Part shown: in pieces, positions 37,735 to 53,459 of the stretch
Layout of the letters: the number at the start of each line of letters is the position of its first letter
How positions within the stretch are numbered: the first letter of the stretch is position 1
Assembly (NCBI GenBank): GCA_001805645.1
Contig: MHGQ01000032.1
Span: forward strand, 267 to 64,266
DNA from: Omnitrophica WOR_2 bacterium RIFCSPHIGHO2_02_FULL_50_17
Lineage (GTDB): Bacteria > Omnitrophota > Gorgyraeia > Zapsychrales > Zapsychraceae
Direction: 5' to 3'
Length of the DNA stretch: 64,000 nucleotides
Notes under the pieces: generated by a model
The model's database searches: none
Told to the model about the DNA's origin: nothing
Seen by the model: only the letters and a program-made list of their open reading frames with translations
Translations under genes and position numbers: made by a program

Positions 37735-39465
37735 TTACTTATACCCCTCTTTTATATAAATTTCTTCCAGGTTATGAAATATCTCGCCGTAAGGGGCGGG
37801 TTTAAGATTGCCGAATTTGTTGCGCACCGCGTAAATCTTGACCCCCAGGATGGTATAAATAAGCGGCAATTGCTCCGAGACAATAAGCTGATATTCATCA
37901 TATAACTGTTTGCGTTTCTTTTCATCCAATTCCTGCACCCCCTGAATAAAGATCTCGTCGATTCTTTTCTCCCACTCTGTCGCCGGAGATTCCTGCCGGG
38001 GATACCACATGTGAAGCTGGCCCGAAGACATCCAGACGTTCTTGCCGAAATGCGGCTCTATCCCCCCTGTCAGCCCCAAGAGCACCGCCTCCCATTCAAA
38101 GGTCGAGGTAAGCCTGCTCACCAGTGTATTGAATTCCAGGGCGCGAAAGTTCACCTTCATGCCCAATCCTTCAAGATCCTGACGGATGATGGCGGCAATA
38201 TCCATTCGCTCGGTATTGCCGGCGTTTGTATAAAAACTGAATTCGAGGAGGTTGCCTTTCTCATCTTCAAGGAATCCGTCTTTGTCCTTGTCCATGAAAC
38301 CAGTCCCTCTTAAAATCTCGCGGGCCTTCTCAAGGTCATAATCGTAGTGAACGACATGAGGGTTATGGAAAAAACCAGCGGCCGGTCCCATCGGCGAATG
38401 CTGAGGATACCCTAAGTTATTATTCACAATCTCGATAATCTTATCCTTGTCAATGGCATGGGCCACGGCCCGGCGAAATGCCGCATTCCTAAACCAGGCC
38501 AGTTTATGCGGCTCCACAAACGGCTTGCCCGTGTTGGGATTCTTCCCCGGATTTTGATTGAAGAAAATAAACTGGCTTCCCATATCCGGGCCTAAATCAT
38601 AAACCGTGAAATCCCCGTCTTTCTCCAAGGGCTTCAAGAGGGGGTAATCCATGCCCCTGACGCTGTAGCTGTCGAGCGTTCCTTCCATGAATTTAAGCAG
38701 TTCCACATCCGCATTCTGGACAATGAGATAAACGATTTGATCAAGGTAAGGCAGGGAATCCCCCTCTTCGGATTTTTTCCAATAAAACGGATTCCGTTCA
38801 AAAATAAGCCGCTGGCCCGGATCATAGCGCGTCAACCTAAAAGGGCCTGTCCCGACGATTTTCTCAGGGGCAGTATCAATCCCCCAGGTGAAATTAAAAC
38901 GGCCATCCTCCACGGCCTTTTTCAATTTATGTTGGGGGAGGATCGGCTGGCTCATCCCCCTTAAGAAGGGCGCGAATTTCACAGGGAGGGTAAACCGGAC
39001 GGTATGGTCATCCATCTTCTCCACCTTAAAAATCTTGCCGTCTATGGTGAAAATGTCCCTGGCGGAGCTGGGGATATCCGGGTTATAGATAAGATCGTTA
39101 AACGTAAAGACCACATCATCGGCGGTCAATGGCCGGCCGTCATTCCAAACAACGCCTTCCTTAAGATAAAACGTCCAGACAAGGCCGTCAGGACTCACTT
39201 CCCAACGCTCAGCCAAATGAGGTTCAACCTTGGTTGTAAAGGCATTGGTTGTGGTCAATCCTTCGAAGATATGCCCCGTGACGAGGGTCGTGGAGGTCTC
39301 TTTGGCAATAATGTCGTTGAATGATCGCGGGTCGGATGTCGTGGAAAGCACCAGTTGTCCGCCGTATCTCTCTTGACCGGCTTCTGACGGTGCCGTAAGG
39401 AATGGAAATACAACAAGGAGATAAACAGAAAGGGCGATTTTGAGCGAAACGGATTGTCCTCTCAA
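37735..39465 (-). CDS. ABC substrate-binding protein family 5 (OppA-like); start uncertain
   Basis: GGQLV..DPRSFN, LAERWEVS, TADDVVFT, GTGPF, FRRAVAHAID. Confidence 0.9.
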   Translation of the reverse strand: MRGQSVSLKIALSVYLLVVFPFLTAPSEAGQERYGGQLVLSTTSDPRSFNDIIAKETSTTLVTGHIFEGLTTTNAFTTKVEPHLAERWEVSPDGLVWTFYLKEGVVWNDGRPLTADDVVFTFNDLIYNPDIPSSARDIFTIDGKIFKVEKMDDHTVRFTLPVKFAPFLRGMSQPILPQHKLKKAVEDGRFNFTWGIDTAPEKIVGTGPFRLTRYDPGQRLIFERNPFYWKKSEEGDSLPYLDQIVYLIVQNADVELLKFMEGTLDSYSVRGMDYPLLKPLEKDGDFTVYDLGPDMGSQFIFFNQNPGKNPNTGKPFVEPHKLAWFRNAAFRRAVAHAIDKDKIIEIVNNNLGYPQHSPMGPAAGFFHNPHVVHYDYDLEKAREILRGTGFMDKDKDGFLEDEKGNLLEFSFYTNAGNTERMDIAAIIRQDLEGLGMKVNFRALEFNTLVSRLTSTFEWEAVLLGLTGGIEPHFGKNVWMSSGQLHMWYPRQESPATEWEKRIDEIFIQGVQELDEKKRKQLYDEYQLIVSEQLPLIYTILGVKIYAVRNKFGNLKPAPYGEIFHNLEEIYIKEGYK

Positions 39466-39469
39466 AGGA

Positions 39470-39937
39470 TTAAGAACCCGGTTTCTGTTCTTCCTCTGTG
39501 ATTGAACCGCCCGGCGCCGGCTGTGCCGGTTCTTCAACAGTTGGGGCCGGCGGCGTTTCCTGGGTCGTTTGCGGTGCTGATACCGCTGACGCGGTACTTT
39601 CTACCGACGGCGTCGGCGGCTGAGTGGTCTGGGGCTGTAATTCTCGTACTGGTTGCTGCCCAGGGACGGATGGAGTTTTTTTCCCTGCCTGGCCGGCCAT
39701 GAGAGACTTGCCCTTCTGGGACGAGAGGACAGCCAGGCTCAAACAGGTAACAAGAAAAAGCGTGGCAAGGACCGTGGTGGTTTCTATCATAAAAACATTG
39801 GTCCGCGCCCCAAAGATGGACTCGGCCGAGGCGAACCCTTCTGTCAGCCCCCCGCCTCTTCCGGACTGCATCAGAATAACCAGCATCAAAAAGATGCAAA
39901 CAACAGCATGGACGAATATCACGAATCCCGTCATCAT
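39470..39937 (-). CDS. secG: Preprotein translocase SecG with Pro/Gln-rich tail
   Basis: VILMQSGRGGGL, two TM helices; follows tpiA. Confidence 0.9.
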   Translation of the reverse strand: MMTGFVIFVHAVVCIFLMLVILMQSGRGGGLTEGFASAESIFGARTNVFMIETTTVLATLFLVTCLSLAVLSSQKGKSLMAGQAGKKTPSVPGQQPVRELQPQTTQPPTPSVESTASAVSAPQTTQETPPAPTVEEPAQPAPGGSITEEEQKPGS

Positions 39938-39941
39938 AAGT

Positions 39942-40709
39942 TCACCTCGTCACGGCACAAGAGTTTTTCACGATCTGGATGAAGGCATCCGCCTTAAGGC
40001 TCGCCCCGCCGACAAGGGCGCCGTCAATATCCGGCTGGGCCATAAGATCGGCGATATTATCCGGTTTGACACTGCCGCCGTACTGAATGCGCACGGCCTC
40101 AGATGCCTCTTTGCCGCCCATCTTTGCCAAAAGCCCGCGGATAAACTTGTGAACCTCCTCTGCCTGTTGGGAGGTGGCTGTCTTTCCTGTGCCGATAGCC
40201 CACACCGGCTCATAGGCAATAATATTTTTCTTTAACTCATCGGCATTCAATCCCGCCAGGCATTCTTCACACTGCCTGCGGATGACATCAAAGGTCTTGT
40301 TGGCCTCACGCTCTTCAAGAACCTCCCCGACGCAGACAATCGGCACAAGGCCATGCCTCAACGCCGCCCGTATCTTTTTATTCACCGTCTGGTTGGTCTC
40401 GCCAAAATACTGCCGCCGTTCCGAATGCCCGATAATGACGTATTCAACACCAATTTCTTTCAGAAGCGGCGCGGACACCTCTCCGGTAAATGCCCCTGCG
40501 TCTTCCCAATACACATTCTGAGCGCCTAAAGCAATATTGGACTCCAATAAGACATCATGAACCACCGCAAGAACCGTAAAAACAGGACAAACAACGATGT
40601 CAACTGTATCTACGTCGGATAAATTCGTCTTTAAAGCCGTAACCAGTTCCACCGCTTCCCGCTCCGCGTTGTTCAACTTCCAGTTCCCGGCAATGACAGG
40701 CCTTCTCAT
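39942..40709 (-). CDS. tpiA: Triosephosphate isomerase
   Basis: [27 protein letters not shown]. Confidence 0.98.
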   Translation of the reverse strand: MRRPVIAGNWKLNNAEREAVELVTALKTNLSDVDTVDIVVCPVFTVLAVVHDVLLESNIALGAQNVYWEDAGAFTGEVSAPLLKEIGVEYVIIGHSERRQYFGETNQTVNKKIRAALRHGLVPIVCVGEVLEEREANKTFDVIRRQCEECLAGLNADELKKNIIAYEPVWAIGTGKTATSQQAEEVHKFIRGLLAKMGGKEASEAVRIQYGGSVKPDNIADLMAQPDIDGALVGGASLKADAFIQIVKNSCAVTR

Positions 40710-41905
40710 CGGACTCCCACGCGTTCTTTATTCGTTAATGCGACAATCCCCGGTAATTCCTTCCCCTCCAAGAATTCCAGCGACGCCCCGCCGCCGGTCG
40801 AGATGTGCGTCATGCCTTTCTCCAGTCCAAACTTGCTCACCGCCGCGGCCGAGTCTCCCCCGCCGATGATGCTCGTCACACCCTTTAATCCGGCCAGATA
40901 TTGGGCGATTTCTCTGGTCCCTTCGGCAAAGGCATCGATTTCAAAAACACCCATAGGCCCGTTCCAGACAACCGTCTTGGCCGTTGAGAGAATCTTCTTA
41001 AACTCTTTTCTCGTCTGAGGACCGATATCAACACCTTCCCATCCTTCGGGGATATCCGCGACAATCTTTCTTGCCTGCGGCTTGTCAAAACTTTCGACAA
41101 CCACAAAATCCGTCGTTAATGCTATCTGGACACCTGAAGCCTCCGCCTTCTTTAAAAGGTCTCTGGCTAACTCTAATTTATCATTCTCGCAGATAGATTT
41201 GCCGATGTTTCTTCCTTTTGCCTTAAGAAACGTGTAAGCCATGCCGCCGCCGATAATAATCGCATCCGCCTTGGAGATTAAATTCTCGATTAACAAAATT
41301 TTATCGGAGACCTTGGCGCCTCCCAAAATAACGACAAACGGCTTAACAGGATTGTCCACAGCCTTGCCAAGATAGGCAATCTCTTTCTCCAGAAGAAATC
41401 CTGCTACGGATAGCAGGTATTTGGTAATGCCTTCGGTGGAGGCATGCGCCCGGTGGGCGGTGCCGAAGGCGTCGTTGATGTAAATATCCGCCAGGGAAGC
41501 CAGCTTCTTGGCGAATTCATGATCATTTTTGGTCTCGGCCTTATAAAACCGCAGATTCTCCAGCAAGATAACCCGCTCGGCGCTCGTCTCGATGGCCTTC
41601 TTGACCGCGTCGCCGATACAGTCATCCAGCCGCAGCACCTTTTCCCCCAACAGTTCCTGCAACTTTTTAGCAACAGGCGTAAGCCTCATAGAATCAATGA
41701 CTTGTCCCTCCGGACGGCCCAGATGGCTCATCAAAATGACTTTTTTGGCTTTTTGATCAAGGATGTATTTGATGGTGGGCAAGGCTTCGCGGATACGGCG
41801 GTCATCGGTGATATTGAGCCGATCATCCAAGGGGACATTAAAATCCGCCCGCATAATAACTTTTTTGTTTTTCAGATCAATATCTTTAACGGTCAGCTTG
41901 TTCAT
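40706..41905 (-). CDS. pgk: Phosphoglycerate kinase
   Basis: [30 protein letters not shown]. Confidence 0.98.
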   Translation of the reverse strand: MNKLTVKDIDLKNKKVIMRADFNVPLDDRLNITDDRRIREALPTIKYILDQKAKKVILMSHLGRPEGQVIDSMRLTPVAKKLQELLGEKVLRLDDCIGDAVKKAIETSAERVILLENLRFYKAETKNDHEFAKKLASLADIYINDAFGTAHRAHASTEGITKYLLSVAGFLLEKEIAYLGKAVDNPVKPFVVILGGAKVSDKILLIENLISKADAIIIGGGMAYTFLKAKGRNIGKSICENDKLELARDLLKKAEASGVQIALTTDFVVVESFDKPQARKIVADIPEGWEGVDIGPQTRKEFKKILSTAKTVVWNGPMGVFEIDAFAEGTREIAQYLAGLKGVTSIIGGGDSAAAVSKFGLEKGMTHISTGGGASLEFLEGKELPGIVALTNKERVGVR

Positions 41906-41953
41906 CGGTCTCCCGATTCTTTTAACTGTTATGCGCAACTAAAAATTTTTTAT

Positions 41954-41981
41954 ATTATAACTGAGCCTGCCGATTTGTCAA
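41954..41981 (-). promoter_or_regulatory. Sigma70 promoter for the pgk operon
   Basis: TTGACA-16 nt-TATAAT. Confidence 0.75.
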
Positions 41982-42002
41982 TTTAATCATCCCCAAATAA
42001 AA

Positions 42003-43709
42003 TCAACTCCCGGATTTACGCTGATATATCAATAAAGTCGGAGTTGAATTAACCTGGACATAGTAATCGTTAATATATTGCATAATTTCATCATAATATC
42101 GCTTATTTGCTTCAATCTTAAAATAGGCTCGGGGGAAAGACGGCCCGGGGTCTTTTGATAAAACAGCATACATTGGCTTCGTAGCTTTAAGATCGCCCAA
42201 GAATTCGTCATGCCAGCCCCCTATCCACGAAAAAGTAGCCATGGGAAACCGTCCCACAAACGGGCGATCAACAAGGAAGCTGTAGAATCCCAATTCCGGG
42301 AACATGAAGATAGGTTCACCCTGTTTTATATTTTTGTCAACGAACTCCGTCAGCTGTCTAAATTCTTGGGCCTGCCAAGAAGGCACCACCATACCCTTAA
42401 CTCGCTTTAAACGCATTTGTTCCGCATTTCCATCGGATAAAGGGACTAGCTCTTTTCTGTCCTTACCAAGCAGAGCATATTTGATATATTGAAAACTAAA
42501 GAAACGCCGATCGTATCTCATAAGCGAATATCCTAATGAGGACATAATAAAACCTAAAATCAAAAAATTGATGGCAAAAATCTTCAACTGATTGAACTCC
42601 CTTGCAGTGTTCAGCATTTTCCTCTGGAGTAATTTTCTTATCTTTTCTTTTTTATTCCGCAGTAGAAGATAGGCTTCTTCCAGCATGAAAAATAAAATAA
42701 TTTTCTCGGGTTGGAGCGCCATCTCGAATTGGGCGGCTCCAATTTTTCGAAAGGCCATAATATACATAATCAAACCATAAAAAACGACCACGCTTATGGG
42801 CAGGCATTCCTCGTTTAACGTCTTACGTTTAATCTTGTATACAATATAAGCCATAAAAAAAAGATAGCAATAGGCTGGTGTCAAATGCTGGAAATGACGA
42901 TTCAAAGGACTCATGGCCAAGATGGCCTCTAAGAAATTTTTAGGATGGTCTTCAAAAAGATAGTCTGGAAATACCTTGGTCATGTTGGTCACGACCGCAT
43001 ACGTCATGTCCCAATACGCAAGCAAAGATTGTGTTGTCAAAAGATAGATGCTATAGGGTAATAAAACAAGCGCCAGCCCTAGAATATAGGTGCGGATAAA
43101 TTTCCATGTAACCCTTTTATCATGAAAATGAGCGTATTGCGCAAAAACACAGGTAGCCAATATGCTGAAAATGGCGCAAACTCCGATTTCCACACTTGTC
43201 AACAAAGCTAAGCCGGAAATAATGCCGGAAGCAACCAGCCAAAAGGACTTTTTCCGCCTAAAAAACCCTATGGCCAATAGTAACGCTAATAAACCTAACC
43301 CATAACGCAGGCCGCCCCAATTCATAAAAACCACCCGCGGAAATGTCCTCCCAACGAAAACAGGAACCATCAAATAAAGAACAAGGCGCGTTCGATAGAG
43401 ATCTTTGGCAATCCATATCCCAATCAACAGCGTCACCACAGTACCGACATAAAAATAGGCGGCCAGCACAGCCGCATTTTCTCCGAAAATATGCATAAAG
43501 AAGGCCGGGACATACAATTCTAAAGGACCGCGCAGATGAAAGAAATCTCTATAAGGAATTTGCCCATCCAGAAGGGCGCTGATATTCGGCAGGTAGATTC
43601 CCAATTCAAAATAATTCAACCCTCCATATAGAAAATATGGCTGAAGCGTAATGAAGATAGCAAACGCGGCAAGGAAAAATAAGTCGATGCCTCTCGGTTT
43701 TCTATGCAT
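42003..43709 (-). CDS. Multi-TM membrane protein, GT-C-like
   Basis: FELGIYL..GQIPYRDFFHLRGP first loop, many TMs, C-terminal soluble domain. Confidence 0.7.
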   Translation of the reverse strand: MHRKPRGIDLFFLAAFAIFITLQPYFLYGGLNYFELGIYLPNISALLDGQIPYRDFFHLRGPLELYVPAFFMHIFGENAAVLAAYFYVGTVVTLLIGIWIAKDLYRTRLVLYLMVPVFVGRTFPRVVFMNWGGLRYGLGLLALLLAIGFFRRKKSFWLVASGIISGLALLTSVEIGVCAIFSILATCVFAQYAHFHDKRVTWKFIRTYILGLALVLLPYSIYLLTTQSLLAYWDMTYAVVTNMTKVFPDYLFEDHPKNFLEAILAMSPLNRHFQHLTPAYCYLFFMAYIVYKIKRKTLNEECLPISVVVFYGLIMYIMAFRKIGAAQFEMALQPEKIILFFMLEEAYLLLRNKKEKIRKLLQRKMLNTAREFNQLKIFAINFLILGFIMSSLGYSLMRYDRRFFSFQYIKYALLGKDRKELVPLSDGNAEQMRLKRVKGMVVPSWQAQEFRQLTEFVDKNIKQGEPIFMFPELGFYSFLVDRPFVGRFPMATFSWIGGWHDEFLGDLKATKPMYAVLSKDPGPSFPRAYFKIEANKRYYDEIMQYINDYYVQVNSTPTLLIYQRKSGS

Positions 43710-44207
43710 TCTTTCTCAGCAATATCTTCAAATTTTCTGCAGGGAACATATAGGCCCAAAAGCGCTCGTACGTGCGCGGCCATTTATTGGCTAGAAATTT
43801 AATCCCAAACATCCTGTACGTTTTGTAAAACGTAATCTCATATTTAATGATTTCGAGCGGTATCGGCCGAATGAGATTAAGTAACATAAAGTAGGAATAA
43901 AATAATTTGTGTTGCGGTTCCGAATAGGCCACATAGCTTGTGAAATGAGGTGTTTCGATAAATATAGTTCCCCCCGATTTAAGAATCCGATAAAGCTCCT
44001 CAATAAATGCCTGGGGATGGTCAAGGTGTTCAATGATATGTTTCCAACAATTTCATCGATGCTGTTATCCTCGATAGGATAAGGAAATTTATTCAGATCA
44101 TGCACGATGTCCGGATTGGCATCTTTGTTGATATCTAAATATATCGAGTCAGGGGTTTTATTATTCCCACAACCAATATCCAGTCGCCCGAAAGAGTCAC
44201 TGCTCAT
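43702..44207 (-). pseudogene. Class I SAM-dependent methyltransferase split by a 1-bp frameshift near 44042
   Basis: LDIGCG..HDLNKFPYP..DEIVG in one frame continues as KHIIEHLDHP..ELYRILKSGG..PH..SEPQHK in another; GGAAACAT lacks one A. Confidence 0.85.
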
Positions 44208-45904
44208 TTTAGATTCCTTAACTTTAATATGTTTAGTGTGGGGGTTGAGGTGACAAGCTCGTAATGTCGTTCAATGTAACGCATCACTTCATCATATTTT
44301 TGCTTGTTAGCGTCAACTATGAAATGGGTTCGTTCAAAATATCCAGGCAATGCTTTGGGTATGACGGCAAATTTGGGTTGGAGTCTCGCCAAATCTCTGA
44401 GATATTCTTTATGGCTGCGCTCATTAAACCAAGCGAATGTTCCCATGGGGAATCGGCCCACAAAAGGCCTGTCGATAATAAAACTGTAGGCAGCCCCTTC
44501 CGGATAAATGAAAACAGGCTCCCGCGGTGAGGTTCTCTCATGTATAAATTGTGTCAACTCAACAAAATCCCGTGCCTGCCAGGAAGGCACCGTCAACCCC
44601 TTTGCCCTATCGATCATAAGCTTTGACGTTTCGGTATCATGTAAAGGCTTTAGAGAGTCCGTCTCTTTGCCTAAGATTGTATTACGGACAAATTGGAACG
44701 CGAAAAACCTTTTGTTATATCTCTGGATCGGATAGCCGATCGAAGACACTATCACTCCCACTATGAATACATTGACGAGATAAACTTTCGCATGTTTTCT
44801 AAACATGGGGCGTTTTTGTTCTTTTATTTCCTGAAGCATGCACTCTTTCCGAATGCGAAAGTAGAAAAATATCCTCTCAAGCAAAAAGAACAATAAAAGT
44901 TTGTCCGGCTGCAAAACCATTTCAAAATTCGATGACCAAATATTACGGAATGAGCCGATAAAAAATATGAGCCCGTACAGCGCGAGACAAACGACAGGGC
45001 CGTCGGAAAGGCGGAATGCCTTCGATTTAATTCTTCTCGCGAAATATATGGTCAAAAAAATATATAAATAAGCCGGGGTCAAATGCCTGAAATTTTTACT
45101 GCCAGGATTGAGCATCGCCCCAACGGCTTCCACTGGATTTTGGGGGACAGCTTCGACTTGGGGAAAAGTATTCTCCATATTCTGGATAACGGTATGTGTC
45201 GCCTCACAAAAAGGGAGAAAGGCGCTGTTGACCTCCAAATAGATAGTGTAGGGCAACCCAATCACCAGAAACCCTCCAGCAAACAAAGCCAATAATTTGA
45301 TAAAATCTTTTTTGTCCAAAACACGCGTTAGGGCGCACAAAACCAAAGTCATGGTGATGGCGATACACGTGTAGACGCCCATTTCTATACTCGTCCAAAA
45401 ACTGCATGCGCCAATAATCCCTGACATCAACATCCACCGTGATTTTCGGCTGTTAAAATATTGTACCCCGCAGGCAATAGCCATCAGCCCCAGGGCAAAC
45501 CGCATCCCTCCCCAGTACGTAAAAACAACCCGCGGAAAAGTCTTCGCCACAAGGACGGGAATGGCTAAATAATAAAACAATCGCGTCGTAAAAATCTGTT
45601 TGCCAAGGGCAACACACACAAGAAGAGTCATAACGGTGCCGATATAAAAGTAGGTAAACAGAACGGCGATGTTTTCCCCGAAAAGGCGCATTAAAAACGC
45701 CGGCATATATAACTCAAATGGCCCGCGCAGATGAAAGAAATCCCGGTAAGGCACTGCCCCATCCAGCAAGGCCTGAATGCCAGACAAATAAATCCCTAAT
45801 TCAAAAAAATTAAGCTCGCCGTGCAGATAAAAAGGATGGAAAGTAATTAAAACAACAAAAAGAAAGGGGACAAAAAGATCCAACACAAAATTTTTTTTCT
45901 TCAT
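44204..45904 (-). CDS. Multi-TM membrane protein, GT-C-like; paralogue of 42003-43709
   Basis: Shared FELGIYL, PYRDFFHLRGP, TFPRVVF, HLTPAY, VPSWQA, DRPFVGRFPM. Confidence 0.7.
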   Translation of the reverse strand: MKKKNFVLDLFVPFLFVVLITFHPFYLHGELNFFELGIYLSGIQALLDGAVPYRDFFHLRGPFELYMPAFLMRLFGENIAVLFTYFYIGTVMTLLVCVALGKQIFTTRLFYYLAIPVLVAKTFPRVVFTYWGGMRFALGLMAIACGVQYFNSRKSRWMLMSGIIGACSFWTSIEMGVYTCIAITMTLVLCALTRVLDKKDFIKLLALFAGGFLVIGLPYTIYLEVNSAFLPFCEATHTVIQNMENTFPQVEAVPQNPVEAVGAMLNPGSKNFRHLTPAYLYIFLTIYFARRIKSKAFRLSDGPVVCLALYGLIFFIGSFRNIWSSNFEMVLQPDKLLLFFLLERIFFYFRIRKECMLQEIKEQKRPMFRKHAKVYLVNVFIVGVIVSSIGYPIQRYNKRFFAFQFVRNTILGKETDSLKPLHDTETSKLMIDRAKGLTVPSWQARDFVELTQFIHERTSPREPVFIYPEGAAYSFIIDRPFVGRFPMGTFAWFNERSHKEYLRDLARLQPKFAVIPKALPGYFERTHFIVDANKQKYDEVMRYIERHYELVTSTPTLNILKLRNLK

Positions 45905-46564
45905 TGAGACTCAGGGATTGTAGAGCGCTGATCTGTTTTTATAAAATACTCCAGATGATTTGCTCTGTCGTTCTCCCGGAAGAAACGCAACGCCTCAACT
46001 TGCTCCAGCGCCAATCTGTCATTTTCCAGAAGATGATAGATCATTCCAAGCCTTAGATGCGCGTCAAAATATTTTTCTTCAATGGAAATCGTGCGCATAT
46101 AATGCCATTGGGCCTTTATCCATTCTCTTTTTTGTTCATAAACTCGCCCCATATAATAATGGAGATCGGCAAAATTATTGTTAAAACGATATGCCTGTTT
46201 AAAAAATCTCGTGGCATATTCCGGCTGCCCTTGTTGAAAACAATCAAGACCAAGTTCAAAATACGCCTTAAAATGGGATTGATCAAGGGCGGCGGCTTTT
46301 TTGTAGGATTGTAAGGCCTGTTGATAATTCCCTATTTTACGATACAAAACACCTAGTTGATAATGCGCATCGGCGCAATTGGGGTCGTGGTAAATAGCCT
46401 TGCGATAATAACTTAGCTGCTGACGCAAGCTGCACTTGTCACCACATTCCTGCGCCCGTTTATAAAACAGAACCCCATAACAGTGATTCATTCTGGTTCG
46501 TTCTTGGAAATAAAGGACACCCAGAAGAATGAGAATTATCGCAATGCCAATGAATCCGATAATA

Positions 46565-46593
<29 letters not shown>
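45901..46593 (-). CDS. Membrane-anchored TPR protein
   Basis: N-terminal TM; repeated AHYQLG/AYFELG/LHYYMG/AHLRLG TPR units. Confidence 0.85.
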
Positions 46594-50761
<4,168 letters not shown>

Positions 50762-50786
<25 letters not shown>

Positions 50787-52024
50787 TTTATCTCTCCTAG
50801 CATAACAATTAAAATCCCTACAAAAAACCATAAATACACGGAAAGCTGCAGCGAATAGAAATTATTATCAAAAAAACTGTGGATCAAAAAGGCAAATATT
50901 CCAGACAATAGCCCTAATGATAATACCACAAGACTATCATTCCCCTCCCAACAAAAAATCAAATAATTTAAAGACTTTCGAAATATTTCAAAGACAATCC
51001 ATAGAAAACTAACGAGCCCGGCGATTCCCGTTTCCGCAGCCAATTGAATATAACAATTATGGGCATAAGTAGGGCCGCTACCTATATCTCGTCGATATAC
51101 CTCAAAAAGCTGCATAAAAGTGTTAATCCCGTGCCCCAGGATCGGTCTATCCTCAAGCATGATCAAAGCATCCCTCCAGATATTCAGCCTCCAAGATGCC
51201 GTCGCATGTCTAGCCATTGATTCGAAATCGAAACTGCCCGTTAAAACAAACCGCAAATAAACACTCAAGAAAACCGTTATAATGAAGAATCCCAGAACAA
51301 GATAAAAACCCGATAATTGTTTGTGAAATAAAAAAAAGAGAAAAAAAAGTATAGCCCCCAGAAAAGCTGCCAACCAAGCTCCGCGGGAAAACGTCACAAC
51401 CAACGACCAGATGGCGAAGAAGAATATCGTCGCGCTAAGCAAACGATACCGGAAGATCTCTTTTCTAAAAAAAATCAATGACAGTATCAAAGGGATAGCT
51501 AATGTTAGATACGCGCCCAAACCATTAGCCGTCTTGAATCCTGCGGTCGCCCGTGTCGACGGCTCGATGACATGTCCTAAAAAAATATCCCTATAAGTGA
51601 CGTAATATTGAATAAGACTGTCAATGACCGTTGCGGATAGAGTAAACAGCCATATACCTAAAATAATATAAACATGTTTTCTTTTCACGATGGATTCAAC
51701 AACAAGGAAATAAATGACAAACCATTCCAACGTTTTTGTCAAGAAATTGGATAGAGACTGCAACGGAAAAACACTATTGGTTGCCGAGAAGAAACAGACT
51801 ACTAAGAAAAACAAGATTGGTCGGTCAAGGGGGGTGATCGCTGGACGCAAACGGGTTAGAAAAATCCCGTGACGAAAAAAAACTCTTTTAAAAATCCATA
51901 ACGTAAAACAAATAATTACAGAGCTTTCAACAACAGCAGAACCATACGGCAACCAAAAGATAATCAAGTATAAAAACAATCGAAGAAGCGAATTAATCGT
52001 CTCTTCGGTGATGGAATAAGGCAT
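50762..52024 (-). CDS. O-antigen ligase (Wzy_C) family protein
   Basis: [40 protein letters not shown]. Confidence 0.85.
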
Positions 52025-52034
52025 GCGAAATGGG

Positions 52035-53459
52035 TTAATAGGCGCCCTTGCCCCTGATAACAACGGGAATAGTCTGGATAAGGATATTTAAATCAAGCCA
52101 AAACGACCAATTATTAATATACCAAACGTCCCATTTGACCAGCCGGACAAATGAAAGATCACTACGGCCCCTGATTTGCCATAATCCCGTCATGCCGGGC
52201 CGAACTTGAAGCCTTTTGAGCTGGCGCAAATCTTCCTTGCGAACCTGGTCAACCGGCAACGGACGCGGGCCGACCAGGCTCATCTGTCCCTGCAAAACAT
52301 TGAATAATTGAGGTAATTCATCAAGGCTATATTTGCGCAAGATTCTACCGACCCTTGTAATCCGCGGATCCTGTTTAATCTTAAAAATTGGGCCATCCAC
52401 TTCGTTGCGGTCCCTGATAGCATCGAAAACCTGATCGGCATTTGCGACCATACTTCGAAATTTATACATATTAAAAATACGTCCCCCCCGTCCATAACGC
52501 CGGGACTTATAAAAAACGGATCCCTGACTATCCATGCGAATGATGACGGCAATGACCAGGAAAAAAGGCAAGAAAATAGCCGTCCCGGCCAGAGCGATAA
52601 GAAAATCAAAAATCCTTTTGCCAATCTGTCTATGAAAGGGTTGAGCATCGCAGTATTCCAAAATGGGGATCAGACCAATATTATATTTGGCGAACTCTCC
52701 TGATGTCAGTTCAAACCCATGGGGGACCACGCGCACCGCGATGCCCAATTCCTTGGCTTCCTCCAATAATTGCAAAAAGGCGCGGTCATCGTGGTGAGTC
52801 GTCACAAATACTTTGTCGATAAACTCCCATCGGGCCACAGTCATAAAATCGGCCATCTTCCCCAAAATCTTCGGGCCGTCTGGCTCCGAAGCAGGATCCT
52901 TAAAATCATCCAGAAAACCGATAACTTTTATGCCCAGAGCGGGTCTTTTTTCGATTTCCTTGACCAAGACTTTCCCGACCTTGCCACAACCTATAATCAA
53001 AGCGTTAAAATTGTTGTATCCCTGGGCCACAAGATATCCGACAAACATGCGCTTTAAAATTCGCCATAACGAAAATGTCAAAACCATCGCAAGAGAAGTC
53101 AAAAAAAGAACCGAGCGCGGGAAATGAATGACCTTGACGATAAAAATAGCCACAATGACAAAAAGAGTCGACACAAAAACTGACCTGAAAACGCTCCAGA
53201 TTTCCGCGGTCTCAAAAATCTCGCGTCTGGTTTCATACAAATGAAGTCCATCGTTCAAGAAAATCGCGACCAATCCCCAAAAAAGAAAAATGGGCAAGAA
53301 CGGATTCGCGGAATTGACAAAAATATTATTAAAATGAACATCGAACGGCAGTGTCGTTTCCCTGATCCAACAGGCGAGCCAAATGGAAAAGAAAATGCAA
53401 GCAATGTCAATCAAGACATAAATGCTTTTAATAACGTGATGTTTGGTAATCTTGATCAT
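52035..53459 (-). CDS. Priming undecaprenyl-phosphate sugar phosphotransferase (WcaJ/WbaP-like)
   Basis: KRIFD, YKFRSM, DPRIT..LDELPQL..MSLVGPRP, PGMTGLWQ. Confidence 0.93.
   Translation of the reverse strand: MIKITKHHVIKSIYVLIDIACIFFSIWLACWIRETTLPFDVHFNNIFVNSANPFLPIFLFWGLVAIFLNDGLHLYETRREIFETAEIWSVFRSVFVSTLFVIVAIFIVKVIHFPRSVLFLTSLAMVLTFSLWRILKRMFVGYLVAQGYNNFNALIIGCGKVGKVLVKEIEKRPALGIKVIGFLDDFKDPASEPDGPKILGKMADFMTVARWEFIDKVFVTTHHDDRAFLQLLEEAKELGIAVRVVPHGFELTSGEFAKYNIGLIPILEYCDAQPFHRQIGKRIFDFLIALAGTAIFLPFFLVIAVIIRMDSQGSVFYKSRRYGRGGRIFNMYKFRSMVANADQVFDAIRDRNEVDGPIFKIKQDPRITRVGRILRKYSLDELPQLFNVLQGQMSLVGPRPLPVDQVRKEDLRQLKRLQVRPGMTGLWQIRGRSDLSFVRLVKWDVWYINNWSFWLDLNILIQTIPVVIRGKGAY

Noticed and set aside
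44036-44050. Programmed -1 ribosomal frameshift in the methyltransferase
   Set aside because: T GGA AAC is not a canonical slippery heptamer and no stimulator is evident
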